Shown piece by piece: positions 50,094-59,936 of a stretch of 64,000 nucleotides of DNA. Position numbers and translations under genes: made by a program. Under the pieces are notes generated by a model. The model worked only from the letters and a program-made list of their open reading frames with translations. It ran no database searches and was not told where the DNA came from. Positions within the stretch are counted from its first letter, which is position 1. The number at the start of each line of letters is the position of its first letter. Source of the DNA: a virus; the IMG/VR virus record IMGVR_UViG_3300037851_000547, positions 1 through 64,000 of that record, one strand, 5' to 3'.

Positions 50094-50603
50094 TTATCTC
50101 GCCCTTCTGCACCTGTTGATGATTGCATTCGCTTTGCGAACGATCTTGTTGTACTTGACGCGCGAAAGTCCTCCGCGACGAAGCATCATGCTGGCTCTGG
50201 CCTTGGCGTTGCGAGCGTGAGAGACATCCGGCATCGGGTACTTTCTTTCGCGAGGGAGTCCGAACGCGCTCGATGGAAGCCGATTGCGCCTGGCCCTGGT
50301 GAGCTTTCCTCCTATTCTGCAAACGATACCCTCGAACGGATCTGCGCGATAGAGCTTCTTCGACTTGCCGTACCGGCGAGGGCCTTCTGGTGGAGGGTTG
50401 TAGGGAGAAAACACACTTCTCGTACCAGGTTTTCTCGGAGGCTGAGCGAGATACGGTGCCCATTCGAGACACCTGAATCCCCACTCGACAGGTACCCGCT
50501 TGACAACTGGAGCGTCCGGATCGCCAGACTGAACCTGCTTGTACTTGGTCGCAACCCGAGCCCATTTCAGGCAGCGCCTCGTGACCATTCTTCGCTCAGG
50601 CAT
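50094..50603 (-). CDS. hypothetical basic protein
   Basis: 169-aa ORF. Contains LPSSAFGLPRERKYPMPDVSHARNAKARA. Confidence 0.4.
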   Translation of the reverse strand: MPERRMVTRRCLKWARVATKYKQVQSGDPDAPVVKRVPVEWGFRCLEWAPYLAQPPRKPGTRSVFSPYNPPPEGPRRYGKSKKLYRADPFEGIVCRIGGKLTRARRNRLPSSAFGLPRERKYPMPDVSHARNAKARASMMLRRGGLSRVKYNKIVRKANAIINRCRRAR

Positions 50604-51285
50604 TTTCGGCTCCGTTTCTCTTCGCCAGTTTCTGAGTTGCCACGGCTGCTACGATCATCGCCAGCGCTCCGATCGTCCAGTTCAAAGCTGCAGATCCAGC
50701 AGATTCTTTCGTCTGCACTACCACTTTCGGCTGGACGACGTATCTGATTTTCTCTACGACAGTTGGCTCCTGCTGAATCGGAGTCTGGATTACAGGCTCC
50801 TCTGGAATCGGAGGAAGCTCTGGTGTCTCCGGAATCTTGTAGTCGGTGATCGATGGCTTGCTGTTGTATGGATAGATGGTCGATTGCAGAACGGAAAAGC
50901 CGAGCAGCTGAAGCGACTGCTTGCCGGTGGACCTGAAGCCACTTCTCAAAGCAGCTGCCAGGTCTTCTGTTACCGCTCCGCTCGTGGGATGTCGAAGGTT
51001 CCACTTGATGCCGGTGACTACGGTGTTGTCCAGCGAACCGGCCTGATAGAGCTTCCCACCTTCGGAAAACGGCTTCGAAGCAATGACCGGGCCAACATCT
51101 GGATCTTCCACGACGCTGACGCGAACGCTCTTGACCGATGGCATCTGAGATGCCTTGAGCTTCCCACTCAACCAGGGCGTCAGGATGCCGAGAGCTTCCT
51201 GCGAAGAGATAGGCCGCGGTCCTGCCAGCAAGATGTATAAGGTGGCGAACTGCTGCGTGTACGACAGTGGAAGCTGCTTGGTCAT
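50596..51285 (-). CDS. hypothetical protein with C-terminal membrane anchor
   Basis: 229 aa. TM helix IGALAMIVAAVA. Confidence 0.5.
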   Translation of the reverse strand: MTKQLPLSYTQQFATLYILLAGPRPISSQEALGILTPWLSGKLKASQMPSVKSVRVSVVEDPDVGPVIASKPFSEGGKLYQAGSLDNTVVTGIKWNLRHPTSGAVTEDLAAALRSGFRSTGKQSLQLLGFSVLQSTIYPYNSKPSITDYKIPETPELPPIPEEPVIQTPIQQEPTVVEKIRYVVQPKVVVQTKESAGSAALNWTIGALAMIVAAVATQKLAKRNGAENA

Positions 51286-52190
51286 CCCTTGGCCCTCACG
51301 ACCGTGAAGTTTCTGAGACGACCCTTTATGTCTGGATCGATCTGCTCTACCGCAGATCGAAGATACTTTCCCACGTTCGACGACGTGATATCTGCCGGCT
51401 TCGAATCCTTCGGAGCCACCATGTAGAAGCTCACGCTAATTTTGTAGTTTCCATTATCGGCAACTGAAATCTGAGGCTTTCCAATGAGCCAGGGAGCGCT
51501 CGAGCCCAGGTCTTGCGTCATTCTGCGAGTGATGGAACCGGCGAACTTCTCGACCTCTTTGGCCATCCGACTGACCGGCCAGACCCACTTCTCGATGCCT
51601 CCGATCTCTACGTCTGTTCCAATAACAAGACGCATCCTGGTGTGGAACTTCGCGTTAAAGACGTTGGCGCACGGCTTTACAGCTGTGTACGGCTTCAGAT
51701 ACTTGATCGCTCCAACGTCGGCGATTTGTGCGAACTCTGGACTGGCGGCGAACAGCGCGCCAAGAAGCTCGCTTCTGTCGTTCCCTTCAACCTCGAAACC
51801 AGAACCCGCTCGAGCGAAGGTCGGATGCCCCTTCGGGTAGATGGCATCGATGACGAAGAAGCTCTGGATGTCGTCGCCCTCCCCCAGCTTGAACGTCGGA
51901 GGACCAGTCAGGCGCGTCACCGGCTCCACGATCGGTAGGTGCGGTGCGATGTCCCGGAGCTGGTAACCGATCTTGTCCTGAAGCTCCTGCGAGAACTTGC
52001 CGGTGCGCTCGAAACGGACGAACAGGAAAGCTGCTTCCTCGGTGTCGGGATCGTAAATCCTCGTCTGGCTCTCATCTGGGCAGGGCGGAAGACCTTGTTT
52101 CTGAACGAGCTTCTTTCTACCAGCAAGCGCAGCTAACGCCGCCGCTCCTCCCAGGCCAGCAACAACGAGTATGGCCCTCCTGTCTTTCAC
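51282..52190 (-). CDS. hypothetical protein with N-terminal membrane anchor
   Basis: 302 aa. ILVVAGLGGAAALAALAG. ATGA overlap downstream. Confidence 0.5.
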   Translation of the reverse strand: MKDRRAILVVAGLGGAAALAALAGRKKLVQKQGLPPCPDESQTRIYDPDTEEAAFLFVRFERTGKFSQELQDKIGYQLRDIAPHLPIVEPVTRLTGPPTFKLGEGDDIQSFFVIDAIYPKGHPTFARAGSGFEVEGNDRSELLGALFAASPEFAQIADVGAIKYLKPYTAVKPCANVFNAKFHTRMRLVIGTDVEIGGIEKWVWPVSRMAKEVEKFAGSITRRMTQDLGSSAPWLIGKPQISVADNGNYKISVSFYMVAPKDSKPADITSSNVGKYLRSAVEQIDPDIKGRLRNFTVVRAKG

Positions 52191-52230
52191 CAGCTCTCCT
52201 CTTCTTCTTCATTGCAGTCCGATTTACCGT

Positions 52231-52443
52231 CTAGCTGTCGCAGGGACACTTTTCCATCTGGTAGTACCCGAGAACGTACTTCTCTCCCTTTCTGGTCAGA
52301 AGTACCCAGGTGTCGCGTTCCCGTATCCAGTAGACCTGCCTGGTCGATGTGGATTTCGACGGAACGTGCCTTGCTCCGATCTGCCGAAGCCTTTGCATGG
52401 CGTGAGCAGGAAGGAGCGTTTCTGTGTAGGTCGGCTTGATCAT
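52231..52443 (-). CDS. hypothetical small protein
   Basis: 70-aa ORF. Confidence 0.4.
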   Translation of the reverse strand: MIKPTYTETLLPAHAMQRLRQIGARHVPSKSTSTRQVYWIRERDTWVLLTRKGEKYVLGYYQMEKCPCDS

Positions 52444-54644
52444 TACTTTGGACAGTTCGGAATGGTAACCATGTAGTTCTTGCCGTCAGGCATCCTCTTG
52501 TTGACGAACCGCACCGTGCAGCCCTTCTCGCGGTAGAACTTTCGAACGAACTTCATCGCTCTTTCCTGATCTTTCGGAGTCATGTACTTGCCGGCAAGAC
52601 CGCTGAGAGCTTTGCGAACCTGCGGAGGCGACGGCTTCTTGCTCATGAGAGCTATCGCGGCAATAGCCAGAGCTCCGATTCCCAGGCCGAGCCCCATTCC
52701 AGGAGTGAAGAAACCGGCCTTGGTTGCAGGAGGAGTCGCATCGGGTTCCGTCTTTGCCGCCTGCTCAGGAGCAAGTACGACCTCTTCACCCTCATCGACA
52801 ACTTCGGGAGCGTAGGTGGGCTGCTGCGAGACGAACTGCTGCTGTGATGGGATGTATTGATGCTGTTGAGCAGGCTGAGCAGCCTGTGTTTCCGGCTGAT
52901 ACACAGGTTCCATTGGCGCGACTTCTTGCTGTTGCTGCTGCGTTGTCGAAACCGTTTCCTTTGCCTGCTGCTGCGTGGCCTGCTGCTTCGCCTGAGCCTC
53001 CTTGGCTCCTTGATCTGCTTTCTGCTTCGCCTTGTCCGCGGCTGCAGCTTCATCCTTCTGCTTTGCAGCTTCCTTTTCCTTCTTTATGGCTTCCTTCGCT
53101 GCCAGCTTTGCGTCTTCTATTTTCTTCTTGGCAGCAGCTTCCTTCGCCTTTTTCTTTGCGGCGTTCTTTTCCTTCTTCGCTGCTTCGATGGCCGCGGCTG
53201 CTTCCTTGGCTTTCTGCTTTGCCTTTTCCTTTTCCTTCAGCGCTGCCTTTTCCTTGGCCTTTGCCTTCGCGGCTTCTTCCTGCTTCTTTTTTGCAGCTGC
53301 CGCTTTCTCTTTTGCCTTCTTCGCAGCCTCTTCGTCAGCTTTCTTTTTCGCAGCTGCCGCGTCCTTGATTCGAGAAGCCTCGAGCTTCGCTTGCAGCTTG
53401 TCGATCAGGTCTTCCGGGGCGATCAGAACATTCTTCGCTCCGTTGTAGTACTCCGCTGACGTGAGCTTGAGCCCATGCTTCTTGACCTGATTTTGAAGAG
53501 CGTTCCTTGTGGTGTTTCCCCACTTTCCGTCGTTGTTGATTGGCTCTCCGAGTGAGATCAGCAGGTTCTGAACATCGAGTGTCAGATAAGCTTTTCCTGG
53601 CTTCTTCGTCTTCGGCTTCGGCTGTGGCGTGGGCTTCGCTGGAGCAGGAGGCGGAACCTCTGTCGGCTGCGTAGGGGTTCGGCCCTCTCTCAGCGCGACG
53701 AGAGCGTTGAACAGTCCAGGAATCAGGTCTCCTGGGTCCACGATGACATTCTGTCCCTTGTTGAAGTACTCGATGACCTTCAGCTTCCGGTTGTAGCGTT
53801 TCGCGGCGGCGACGAGAACGGATGAGGAGCCCTTGCCCCAGGCTCCGTCCACGCCGATCCTCTTTTCCTTCGGAACTCCTTCCTGCTTCTGGATGGAGTA
53901 CAGAAGAAACTGCACGTCCTTGGAAACGTAAGCGTTACCGGCATACTTCGAGCTGGGTTTGCTCACCTGCTCAGGAGCGCTTGTCATCGCCGGCCAGGTA
54001 TCAGGATCGCCAGTTGCAGCAGGCTTTTGTGTCGCCGCAGGTTTCGATTTTGCCGCAGGCTTTGCCGCAGGCTTCGCCGGTTTCGCCGCAGTAGCATCCT
54101 GACCAGGAGCTGGTGTCGGAGCGATCAAAACCTGCTTCGTTGCCGGCATCATCGACTCGCGATACAGGTGCAGGTACAGCGCACCCGGATTCAATACCGT
54201 TCCAAGAAGATTCAGGAACGCCCTCGAATTCTGGTACGGCAGCTTGTTGTCGCTCGCGAACTTCTTCAGAGCGGATTCGGTAGTCGTTCCGTACTTCTTG
54301 TCGGCCTGCTCTGGCTTCAGATACCCGAGCTTCACCAGGAACTGCTGGATGAAGATGGTGTAGACGTAGGCTGGATTCGAGTTCGCCGCCTTGGGGATAC
54401 CTGCCGACATGGTGCTGATTCCCGCGAGCAGGAATACGGCGCTCATCGGCTCGATCTTTACCTTGCTTCCGGAACGATCGCTGCGGGCATAGTAGACACC
54501 GTGCTTGAGGGCGATCCGCTTCAGTTCGTCGCGGCTCGTCGCTCCCCAGACTCCATCAGCTCCTGCAGAACCGAGATTCGCGCCGAGTGCCAGCAGTACC
54601 TTCTGAAACTCCTTCGAATCGATCGTGGTGCTGGGAAATGCCAT
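52443..54644 (-). CDS. large protein with four peptidoglycan-binding-like repeats, a Lys/Ala/Glu-rich coiled coil and a C-terminal membrane anchor
   Basis: 733 aa with four repeat starts: FQKVLLALGANL...DGVWG, IQQFLVKLGYL...KYG, VQFLLYSIQ...DGAWG, VQNLLISLGEP...DGKWG. A KKAKEAAAKK-type tract follows. TM helix GLGLGIGALAIAAIAL. Confidence 0.65.
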   Translation of the reverse strand: MAFPSTTIDSKEFQKVLLALGANLGSAGADGVWGATSRDELKRIALKHGVYYARSDRSGSKVKIEPMSAVFLLAGISTMSAGIPKAANSNPAYVYTIFIQQFLVKLGYLKPEQADKKYGTTTESALKKFASDNKLPYQNSRAFLNLLGTVLNPGALYLHLYRESMMPATKQVLIAPTPAPGQDATAAKPAKPAAKPAAKSKPAATQKPAATGDPDTWPAMTSAPEQVSKPSSKYAGNAYVSKDVQFLLYSIQKQEGVPKEKRIGVDGAWGKGSSSVLVAAAKRYNRKLKVIEYFNKGQNVIVDPGDLIPGLFNALVALREGRTPTQPTEVPPPAPAKPTPQPKPKTKKPGKAYLTLDVQNLLISLGEPINNDGKWGNTTRNALQNQVKKHGLKLTSAEYYNGAKNVLIAPEDLIDKLQAKLEASRIKDAAAAKKKADEEAAKKAKEKAAAAKKKQEEAAKAKAKEKAALKEKEKAKQKAKEAAAAIEAAKKEKNAAKKKAKEAAAKKKIEDAKLAAKEAIKKEKEAAKQKDEAAAADKAKQKADQGAKEAQAKQQATQQQAKETVSTTQQQQQEVAPMEPVYQPETQAAQPAQQHQYIPSQQQFVSQQPTYAPEVVDEGEEVVLAPEQAAKTEPDATPPATKAGFFTPGMGLGLGIGALAIAAIALMSKKPSPPQVRKALSGLAGKYMTPKDQERAMKFVRKFYREKGCTVRFVNKRMPDGKNYMVTIPNCPK

Positions 54645-54653
54645 CGTTGCCTC

Positions 54654-54926
54654 TCAAAAGAAATCCGTGCTGGTGCCTTCTACAGGTAATCCGCTGATCA
54701 GTTCTTTTCCGTTCACGAGAAGCTTGTGCCTGTGCTGTGGACCTGATCTCACCGTGTCTGTTACGAACCACTTTCCATTGACATGAACCCTGTGACTGTG
54801 CAGCGGTCCTACTGCTTTCGTAGTTGCGAATCGCTGAAGCTTCTGTGTCACGAAGACGTGTCGATGCGTCATGGACTGCAACGCATAGCGTCCTAGTGAA
54901 ACCAGGATTTGCTTCTTGAGATCCAC
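54654..54926 (-). CDS. hypothetical protein
   Basis: 90-aa ORF. Confidence 0.4.
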   Translation of the reverse strand: MDLKKQILVSLGRYALQSMTHRHVFVTQKLQRFATTKAVGPLHSHRVHVNGKWFVTDTVRSGPQHRHKLLVNGKELISGLPVEGTSTDFF

Positions 54927-54931
54927 CTCCT

Positions 54932-57844
54932 CTACGTGATCAGCAGCGGGGCCGCCAGAGCCGCACCCTCCACCAGACTCATCTTCGGAACCGTTATCCA
55001 GATCGCCTTCGGCAGGTCAGGAAAGTTGACGCCACCCTCGAGCTGGCTCTTTCTCACCCAGAGCGCCTGCGGCAGCTTCGGGAAGGACACCTCGCCGAGC
55101 TGCTTGCGGTAGCCCTTGCGTCCAGGAATCTGATTGCTTCGAAGCCACATGGCCTTGGGTGTCTTCGGGAAGGACACCTCGCCGAGCTGCTTGCGGTAGC
55201 CCTTCCTGCCGGCGATCTGCTTGCTTCGTACCCACATCGCCTGCGGAAGCTGTGGAAAACTCGGTGTCTTCGACTTCACCTTGCGGACGTAGATGGCTTC
55301 CGGTGTGTTCGGGAACTTCACGGCACCGGCCTCCAGACCTCGAAGCTGATCGGTTCGCACCCAGACAGGCATCCTGGTTTTCCAGTCGCTTGGAGCCTGT
55401 CCGAGTCCGCTGAAACGCTTGGTCTTGGCGCGCTCCACGAGCCGTTCCTTCTTTACCTTCAGCGCCTTCGCGACGCGCATCATCTGCTGATAGGTGACCG
55501 GATGCGAGTCGCGGAACTTCTTCTGCTTCTCGGGCGTCCATCCACGATAGCGCTGGAGCTGCCGGAACAGCTTGGTCGTCATGACATCGACGCCCAGGTC
55601 TCCGAAGTTGTAGTACTGATCGCTCGGAGGCTGCCCGACAATCTTTTCCTTCGACGCTTCTGCTCGCTGCTTCACGGCTTCGACCAGTTCCTGGTTCTCG
55701 ACATTTCCGATGTGCATGGCCCTTGCCGAGCCGCCGACCTTGCCGCACACCTTGTTCAGGTACTTCATCGAAGCAGCAGTAGGTGCGATCTCGGAAGAAG
55801 CGGCACCGATCATCTCCACACCACCCGCGGAGATCATTCCGCAAACGGAGTTGCGAGGGCTCTTGACGTACTTGTGAACTGCCTGTGCCTGGCGATAGAC
55901 CTCGCCGGCCACACCTTTCGATCCCTTCTTGAGAGCCTGAGCAGCAGCCTTGAGGCTCTCCTTCGGGATGTTCTGAAGCGTCTTCCAGTTGGTGGCGCTG
56001 ACGAGCTTCACGGCATTGGTTTCCCCGCTTGCGAGACGAGCGGTCTTCGAGAAAGCGGTCTTGACAGCCTTGCCGATGGCCTTGATCTCTGCCGGCTTGT
56101 TGATGAACTCGTATGGAGCGCTCTTGGGCGTGTCGGCTTCGGTATCACCGGCATCTCCGAACCATCCGAGAACGATGCGATCCAGTCCTCGAATCTGAGA
56201 CGGCGGGAAAAAGTATCCCTGCGCTCCATATGGAAGATCGTCTCTTGCCCAGATGGTCGGATTCACCGACTGGTCACCTTGTACCGAAAACTTCGCTTCG
56301 CGGATTGCTCCGAGACCCTGCAGCTGTATTTCGACTTCACCAGGAAAGTCATCGCGATACCAGATAGTCGGATTCACCGACTGGTCGCGGTCTTCCACGG
56401 AGAACTTCGCTTCGCGGATTGCCTCGAGACCCACCAGTGACTGAGGGTTACAAGGTATATCGTCTCTTGCCCAGATGGTCGGATTCACCATCTGGTCGCG
56501 GTCTTCTACGGAGAACCTCGCTTCGCGGATTGCCTCCAATCCGGTCAAGAAGGCTCCGCTCGGATCGTTCGGCTCTACTTCCTGGCTGAAGTACGGCGAT
56601 GGAATGGTCGGGGTGGCGTATGCCGATTCCTGTCCGAGTCCCTCGAGCTTGTTGGTGATCGCTGCTGGCATCACGGTTCCGCCGGTCACGCTCAGCGCTG
56701 CCGACTCGTTTCGGAACAGCTTTGCGTATGCGTCCTTCATCGCGCGCTGGTCTTCTTCCGAGAGGCCGCTCGTCTGGGCTTTCTTCTGGAGCAGCTCGAT
56801 GGCTTTCAGGTACCGCTCGCGTCTTCCAGAAAGACGGTTAAGCACGTCGTTCTTCCCTTGATAAGCCCACAGCTCCTTCTGCTTGGTGCGAACCGCCTTG
56901 AGATTCTTTGCCGTCTGGACGTGCTTCCCGAGCCCGGTAGACAGCACCTTTGCCGCTTCCTCGTTGCCGCTGGAAATGGCGTTCTTTGTGGCCCTGGTCA
57001 GCATTGCCTGGCCATCGGCGTTCTTGGAAAGCAGCGTTGCGGCTCCGTACAGCTTCATGTTCTGCACGGCTCGCCGGCCGACGCCGACAGCACGGCTATT
57101 CAGCCGCCTGACCTCGGTGAGCAGGCTGTCCATTTCCCTTGCGGTACTCGCATCGGTATTTCCGGAAATGGCTGTCTCCACGGCCTTCAGCGCCTTCGCC
57201 TTGGCTACCCGCTCCAGGCGATCGACGGTGGCCTTGTCCTTCTGGTAACTCTGGACAGCCTGCTTCGCCACGTTCAGTCTGTCCTTTGCGAGCTTGTCGA
57301 GCTGGGCCGCTTTCTGGCCGAGCTTGCTCACGACCATCTTCGCCATGTCGGAAGACGGATTGGCGGCAGCGACTCTCATCGCGCCGATCTGCGTCTGAAG
57401 CTTGAGATCTCCCGCTGCGCCGACCGTGCCGTTCTCTCCGAACCCCTCGATGCCGGCTCGCAGGAGCTTCACTTGGTCGGGATGGAGCTTCGCCATCTTC
57501 TGCTCGATGGCCCTGATTCGCTGGATCGCTTCTGGGTCTTTTGCAGGTATGACCTCGGTGACGGTAGGAAGGATGCTGGGTCCGTAGCTGACAGGATACG
57601 GCTGAATGACTGGCATGGGACGAGGACGCCTTGGAGGACGACGCCCACCGCTCGGGCGAGGAGGCCTTTCGAGAACCGTCGAAAGCTTGATAATTTCGTC
57701 CTCTGCATCGTTGGCTCCAGAGAGCAGGCTTTCGCTGCTCTGACGCGGAAAGTCGAACAGCGCACTGAGAAGGTCCAGCTCCGAAATCTCGTGCGCGCCC
57801 AGGCCGAAATCTTCGAGGAGCATGATTTGATCGCCTAGTGCCAT
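54932..57844 (-). CDS. 970-aa virion-associated repeat protein
   Basis: Three EAIREAKFSVEDRDQSVNPTIWARDD repeats (DNA about 56215-56570) and about four C-terminal FP.(T/L)P.A(M/I/L)W(V/L/I).. repeats; the two central copies continue ..GRKGYRKQLGEVS (about 54932-55330). Helical Ala/Lys-rich N-terminal half. Confidence 0.6.
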   Translation of the reverse strand: MALGDQIMLLEDFGLGAHEISELDLLSALFDFPRQSSESLLSGANDAEDEIIKLSTVLERPPRPSGGRRPPRRPRPMPVIQPYPVSYGPSILPTVTEVIPAKDPEAIQRIRAIEQKMAKLHPDQVKLLRAGIEGFGENGTVGAAGDLKLQTQIGAMRVAAANPSSDMAKMVVSKLGQKAAQLDKLAKDRLNVAKQAVQSYQKDKATVDRLERVAKAKALKAVETAISGNTDASTAREMDSLLTEVRRLNSRAVGVGRRAVQNMKLYGAATLLSKNADGQAMLTRATKNAISSGNEEAAKVLSTGLGKHVQTAKNLKAVRTKQKELWAYQGKNDVLNRLSGRRERYLKAIELLQKKAQTSGLSEEDQRAMKDAYAKLFRNESAALSVTGGTVMPAAITNKLEGLGQESAYATPTIPSPYFSQEVEPNDPSGAFLTGLEAIREARFSVEDRDQMVNPTIWARDDIPCNPQSLVGLEAIREAKFSVEDRDQSVNPTIWYRDDFPGEVEIQLQGLGAIREAKFSVQGDQSVNPTIWARDDLPYGAQGYFFPPSQIRGLDRIVLGWFGDAGDTEADTPKSAPYEFINKPAEIKAIGKAVKTAFSKTARLASGETNAVKLVSATNWKTLQNIPKESLKAAAQALKKGSKGVAGEVYRQAQAVHKYVKSPRNSVCGMISAGGVEMIGAASSEIAPTAASMKYLNKVCGKVGGSARAMHIGNVENQELVEAVKQRAEASKEKIVGQPPSDQYYNFGDLGVDVMTTKLFRQLQRYRGWTPEKQKKFRDSHPVTYQQMMRVAKALKVKKERLVERAKTKRFSGLGQAPSDWKTRMPVWVRTDQLRGLEAGAVKFPNTPEAIYVRKVKSKTPSFPQLPQAMWVRSKQIAGRKGYRKQLGEVSFPKTPKAMWLRSNQIPGRKGYRKQLGEVSFPKLPQALWVRKSQLEGGVNFPDLPKAIWITVPKMSLVEGAALAAPLLIT

Positions 57845-57847
57845 GAT

Positions 57848-58810
57848 TCACCTCACTGGAAGTATCTTCCTTACCCTGTCTCGCTGATGGTAAATTCCCA
57901 GGCCGAGTGCTGCTATGGCGGCTCCTCCGAGAAACCACGGCCATGAAGTCTTGTTCTGCAGATTCTCGCGGTGCCGCAGTAAAGGATCGAGCTTGCTCGA
58001 GTCGCACTTGGGATCGAGCTGGCACTCAAGAATCTTCCGATTCGTCTCTTCCTGCTGGACGCCTTTCCAGGCATCGAGAATGTCGGCCCCCTTCCACGCA
58101 GCGATACCAGCGACTCCTGTTCCGGCCACGGCGAGCCAGATCAAAGGAATGAAGAACCCTTCGAGCGCCGTACCTGCTGGAGCAGCCTTCGCTACCGCGA
58201 GCGGACCACTGGTCAAGGCCGAAATCGTGGCCGCGGCATCCATTCCAGCCTTCTTGAGCTTTCGCTCGAAAAGCCCGCGAGTGAGTGGATTGCGAAGCCT
58301 CTTCACGAGCATGGTTTGAAGCTTGGAAGCGCTCGTGTACCAGTTCTTGTACGCTTCGACGACCGGAGGAGTGGCCTTGCCTTCTTTCGAAAGCTGGGAA
58401 ACCTTCAGAGCGTAGATCCTCGCTCGCGGGATGTTGTCCGCTACGGTCTTCGCAAGAACCGTCAGCGTGTCCTTTACCGGGATCGTCAGATCCTTCACAG
58501 CCGCTTCGGCTCCCTCGTTCATGTCCTGAACGATGTAATCGGGAGAGAGCGCGGAAGGAGGCTCCATCAGTTTCTCCACGATCTGTGAAGGCTGAACCTC
58601 CGTCTTCAGCCCCTCAATGGCGCTGGCGACGTAGATGTTGGCTACCGGGATGCGCAGCTGCTTCCCGAACGCCTTCACGGCATCCACGGTGGCTCTGTTC
58701 AGAACGCCAGATGGCATTCCTGTTTCCGGGTTCACGAGTCCGTCTGGACTGGCACCCCAGATGATGAGCCTTTCCTGAAGCTCCTTGGTATCTATGATGA
58801 GGCTGGCCAT
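57848..58810 (-). CDS. membrane protein with N-terminal peptidoglycan-binding-like segment
   Basis: 320 aa. ELQERLIIWGASPDG...ATVDAVKAFGKQL. Two TM helices near the C-terminus. Confidence 0.5.
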   Translation of the reverse strand: MASLIIDTKELQERLIIWGASPDGLVNPETGMPSGVLNRATVDAVKAFGKQLRIPVANIYVASAIEGLKTEVQPSQIVEKLMEPPSALSPDYIVQDMNEGAEAAVKDLTIPVKDTLTVLAKTVADNIPRARIYALKVSQLSKEGKATPPVVEAYKNWYTSASKLQTMLVKRLRNPLTRGLFERKLKKAGMDAAATISALTSGPLAVAKAAPAGTALEGFFIPLIWLAVAGTGVAGIAAWKGADILDAWKGVQQEETNRKILECQLDPKCDSSKLDPLLRHRENLQNKTSWPWFLGGAAIAALGLGIYHQRDRVRKILPVR

Positions 58811-59262
58811 CAGATTATCGTTTCCGTTACCTTGATCTCCGTGGTCTTCAGCGGATCAGAAACAAAGTAAGCGGTAGCGAACAGGTATTCTCCAGGAAGA
58901 AGGATCAAATCGACAAATCCAGCGAACTGCGTGGTGAGCTTCGCCGATCCGCTCAACTGGTTCGACAGCTCCAGGTAGATTGGTAGAAAGCCCTGTACCA
59001 GCTCGATCCTGACGTAGGTAGGAAGGCCATTCTGTCCCTTGCCGATCGCGATCGGAGCAGGCATACCCTCGATAATGGAGAATGATCGGGAGCTTCCTGC
59101 ATGGAGTCGAAGCGGCCCGACCTTCGAAGCCAGGTCGAGCCGCATCTCCTCGATCGTGATCCTGTCTGGCGGACGAACGGATTTCTCCAGCACCAGCCGC
59201 TGCTTCTGACCTACAAGAGGCGGCGAGTTCGGATCTGCCGGCGTTTGTCCGAAGCCAAACAT
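58810..59262 (-). CDS. beta-rich putative minor capsid/vertex protein
   Basis: 150 aa with alternating hydrophobic beta-strand-like pattern. 1-nt overlaps on both sides within the capsid cluster. Confidence 0.4.
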   Translation of the reverse strand: MFGFGQTPADPNSPPLVGQKQRLVLEKSVRPPDRITIEEMRLDLASKVGPLRLHAGSSRSFSIIEGMPAPIAIGKGQNGLPTYVRIELVQGFLPIYLELSNQLSGSAKLTTQFAGFVDLILLPGEYLFATAYFVSDPLKTTEIKVTETII

Positions 59263-59852
59263 TAGACCAGCGTTTCCGCTCTGACGATGCTTCCGATGAG
59301 GTAGGCGTACAGCTCCACCCTCGGAATCTGACCCACCTGCCCCGGATTGAAGACGCGAGGCGTCACCGTACCAGGACCGTTCGGCCAGGTCTGCTGAATC
59401 GCCACCCGGTCTGTGAACCAGTTGACGGCGATGTCAGCCCCCTCGAAGAACGTGATCGGCGTCCGGAACTTGATCCCCTCGGTGGAACCAAGGGCGTTGA
59501 CGAACATATTCATCGCCAGAGGCAGCTTGAAAACAGCCTTCTGCCGGCCTTCGTTCAGCACGTTGAACCCGAGAAACGGCAGGAACTCCGGCATCGTCCA
59601 GACACGAGCACCGGAGACATCATCCGGCATCTGCGGAGGCAACGGGCACCCTGCCTTGATCTGCTCGCAGGCGAACATATAGCCGGGGGTTACGCGGATC
59701 GATGGAGACTGGTAGCTGACCGATCCGTCTGTATTGATCCACGCGAGGTACGTGAGAACTTCCGGCTGCGCGTCTTCCGGCTTCAGCCGTCGAAGCTGCT
59801 TCAGGTACATCTCGAGATCGTTGATCTCTCCGAAACCTGCTCCTTGTGTCAT
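59262..59852 (-). CDS. beta-rich putative capsid-associated protein
   Basis: 196 aa. It follows the hairpin after the capsid-like paralogs. Confidence 0.4.
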   Translation of the reverse strand: MTQGAGFGEINDLEMYLKQLRRLKPEDAQPEVLTYLAWINTDGSVSYQSPSIRVTPGYMFACEQIKAGCPLPPQMPDDVSGARVWTMPEFLPFLGFNVLNEGRQKAVFKLPLAMNMFVNALGSTEGIKFRTPITFFEGADIAVNWFTDRVAIQQTWPNGPGTVTPRVFNPGQVGQIPRVELYAYLIGSIVRAETLV

Positions 59853-59888
59853 GGGCCTGACCTCCGATGAGAGTTGGAAGAGGAGCCA

Positions 59889-59923
59889 ATGCCCGCCTGC
59901 GGATAGCTACCACAGGCGGGCAT
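59889..59923 (-). terminator. 11-bp perfect hairpin after the capsid-like gene pair (terminator/attenuator)
   Basis: ATGCCCGCCTG-13 nt-CAGGCGGGCAT. On the minus strand it is followed by UUGGCUCCUCUUCC. Confidence 0.55.
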
Positions 59924-59936
59924 CGACAAGCTTTGA

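Noticed and set aside
52724-53459. Plus-strand ORFs with Leu/Phe/Cys or Ala/Ser/Phe repeats (52724..53368, 52857..53459, 53032..53448).
   Set aside because: They are antisense translations of the Lys/Ala/Glu low-complexity tract of the 733-aa protein.
54932-57844. A diversity-generating retroelement explaining the near-identical repeats in the 970-aa protein.
   Set aside because: I recognised no reverse transcriptase or template/variable repeat pair with adenine-specific differences. The repeats are in-frame tandem duplications.
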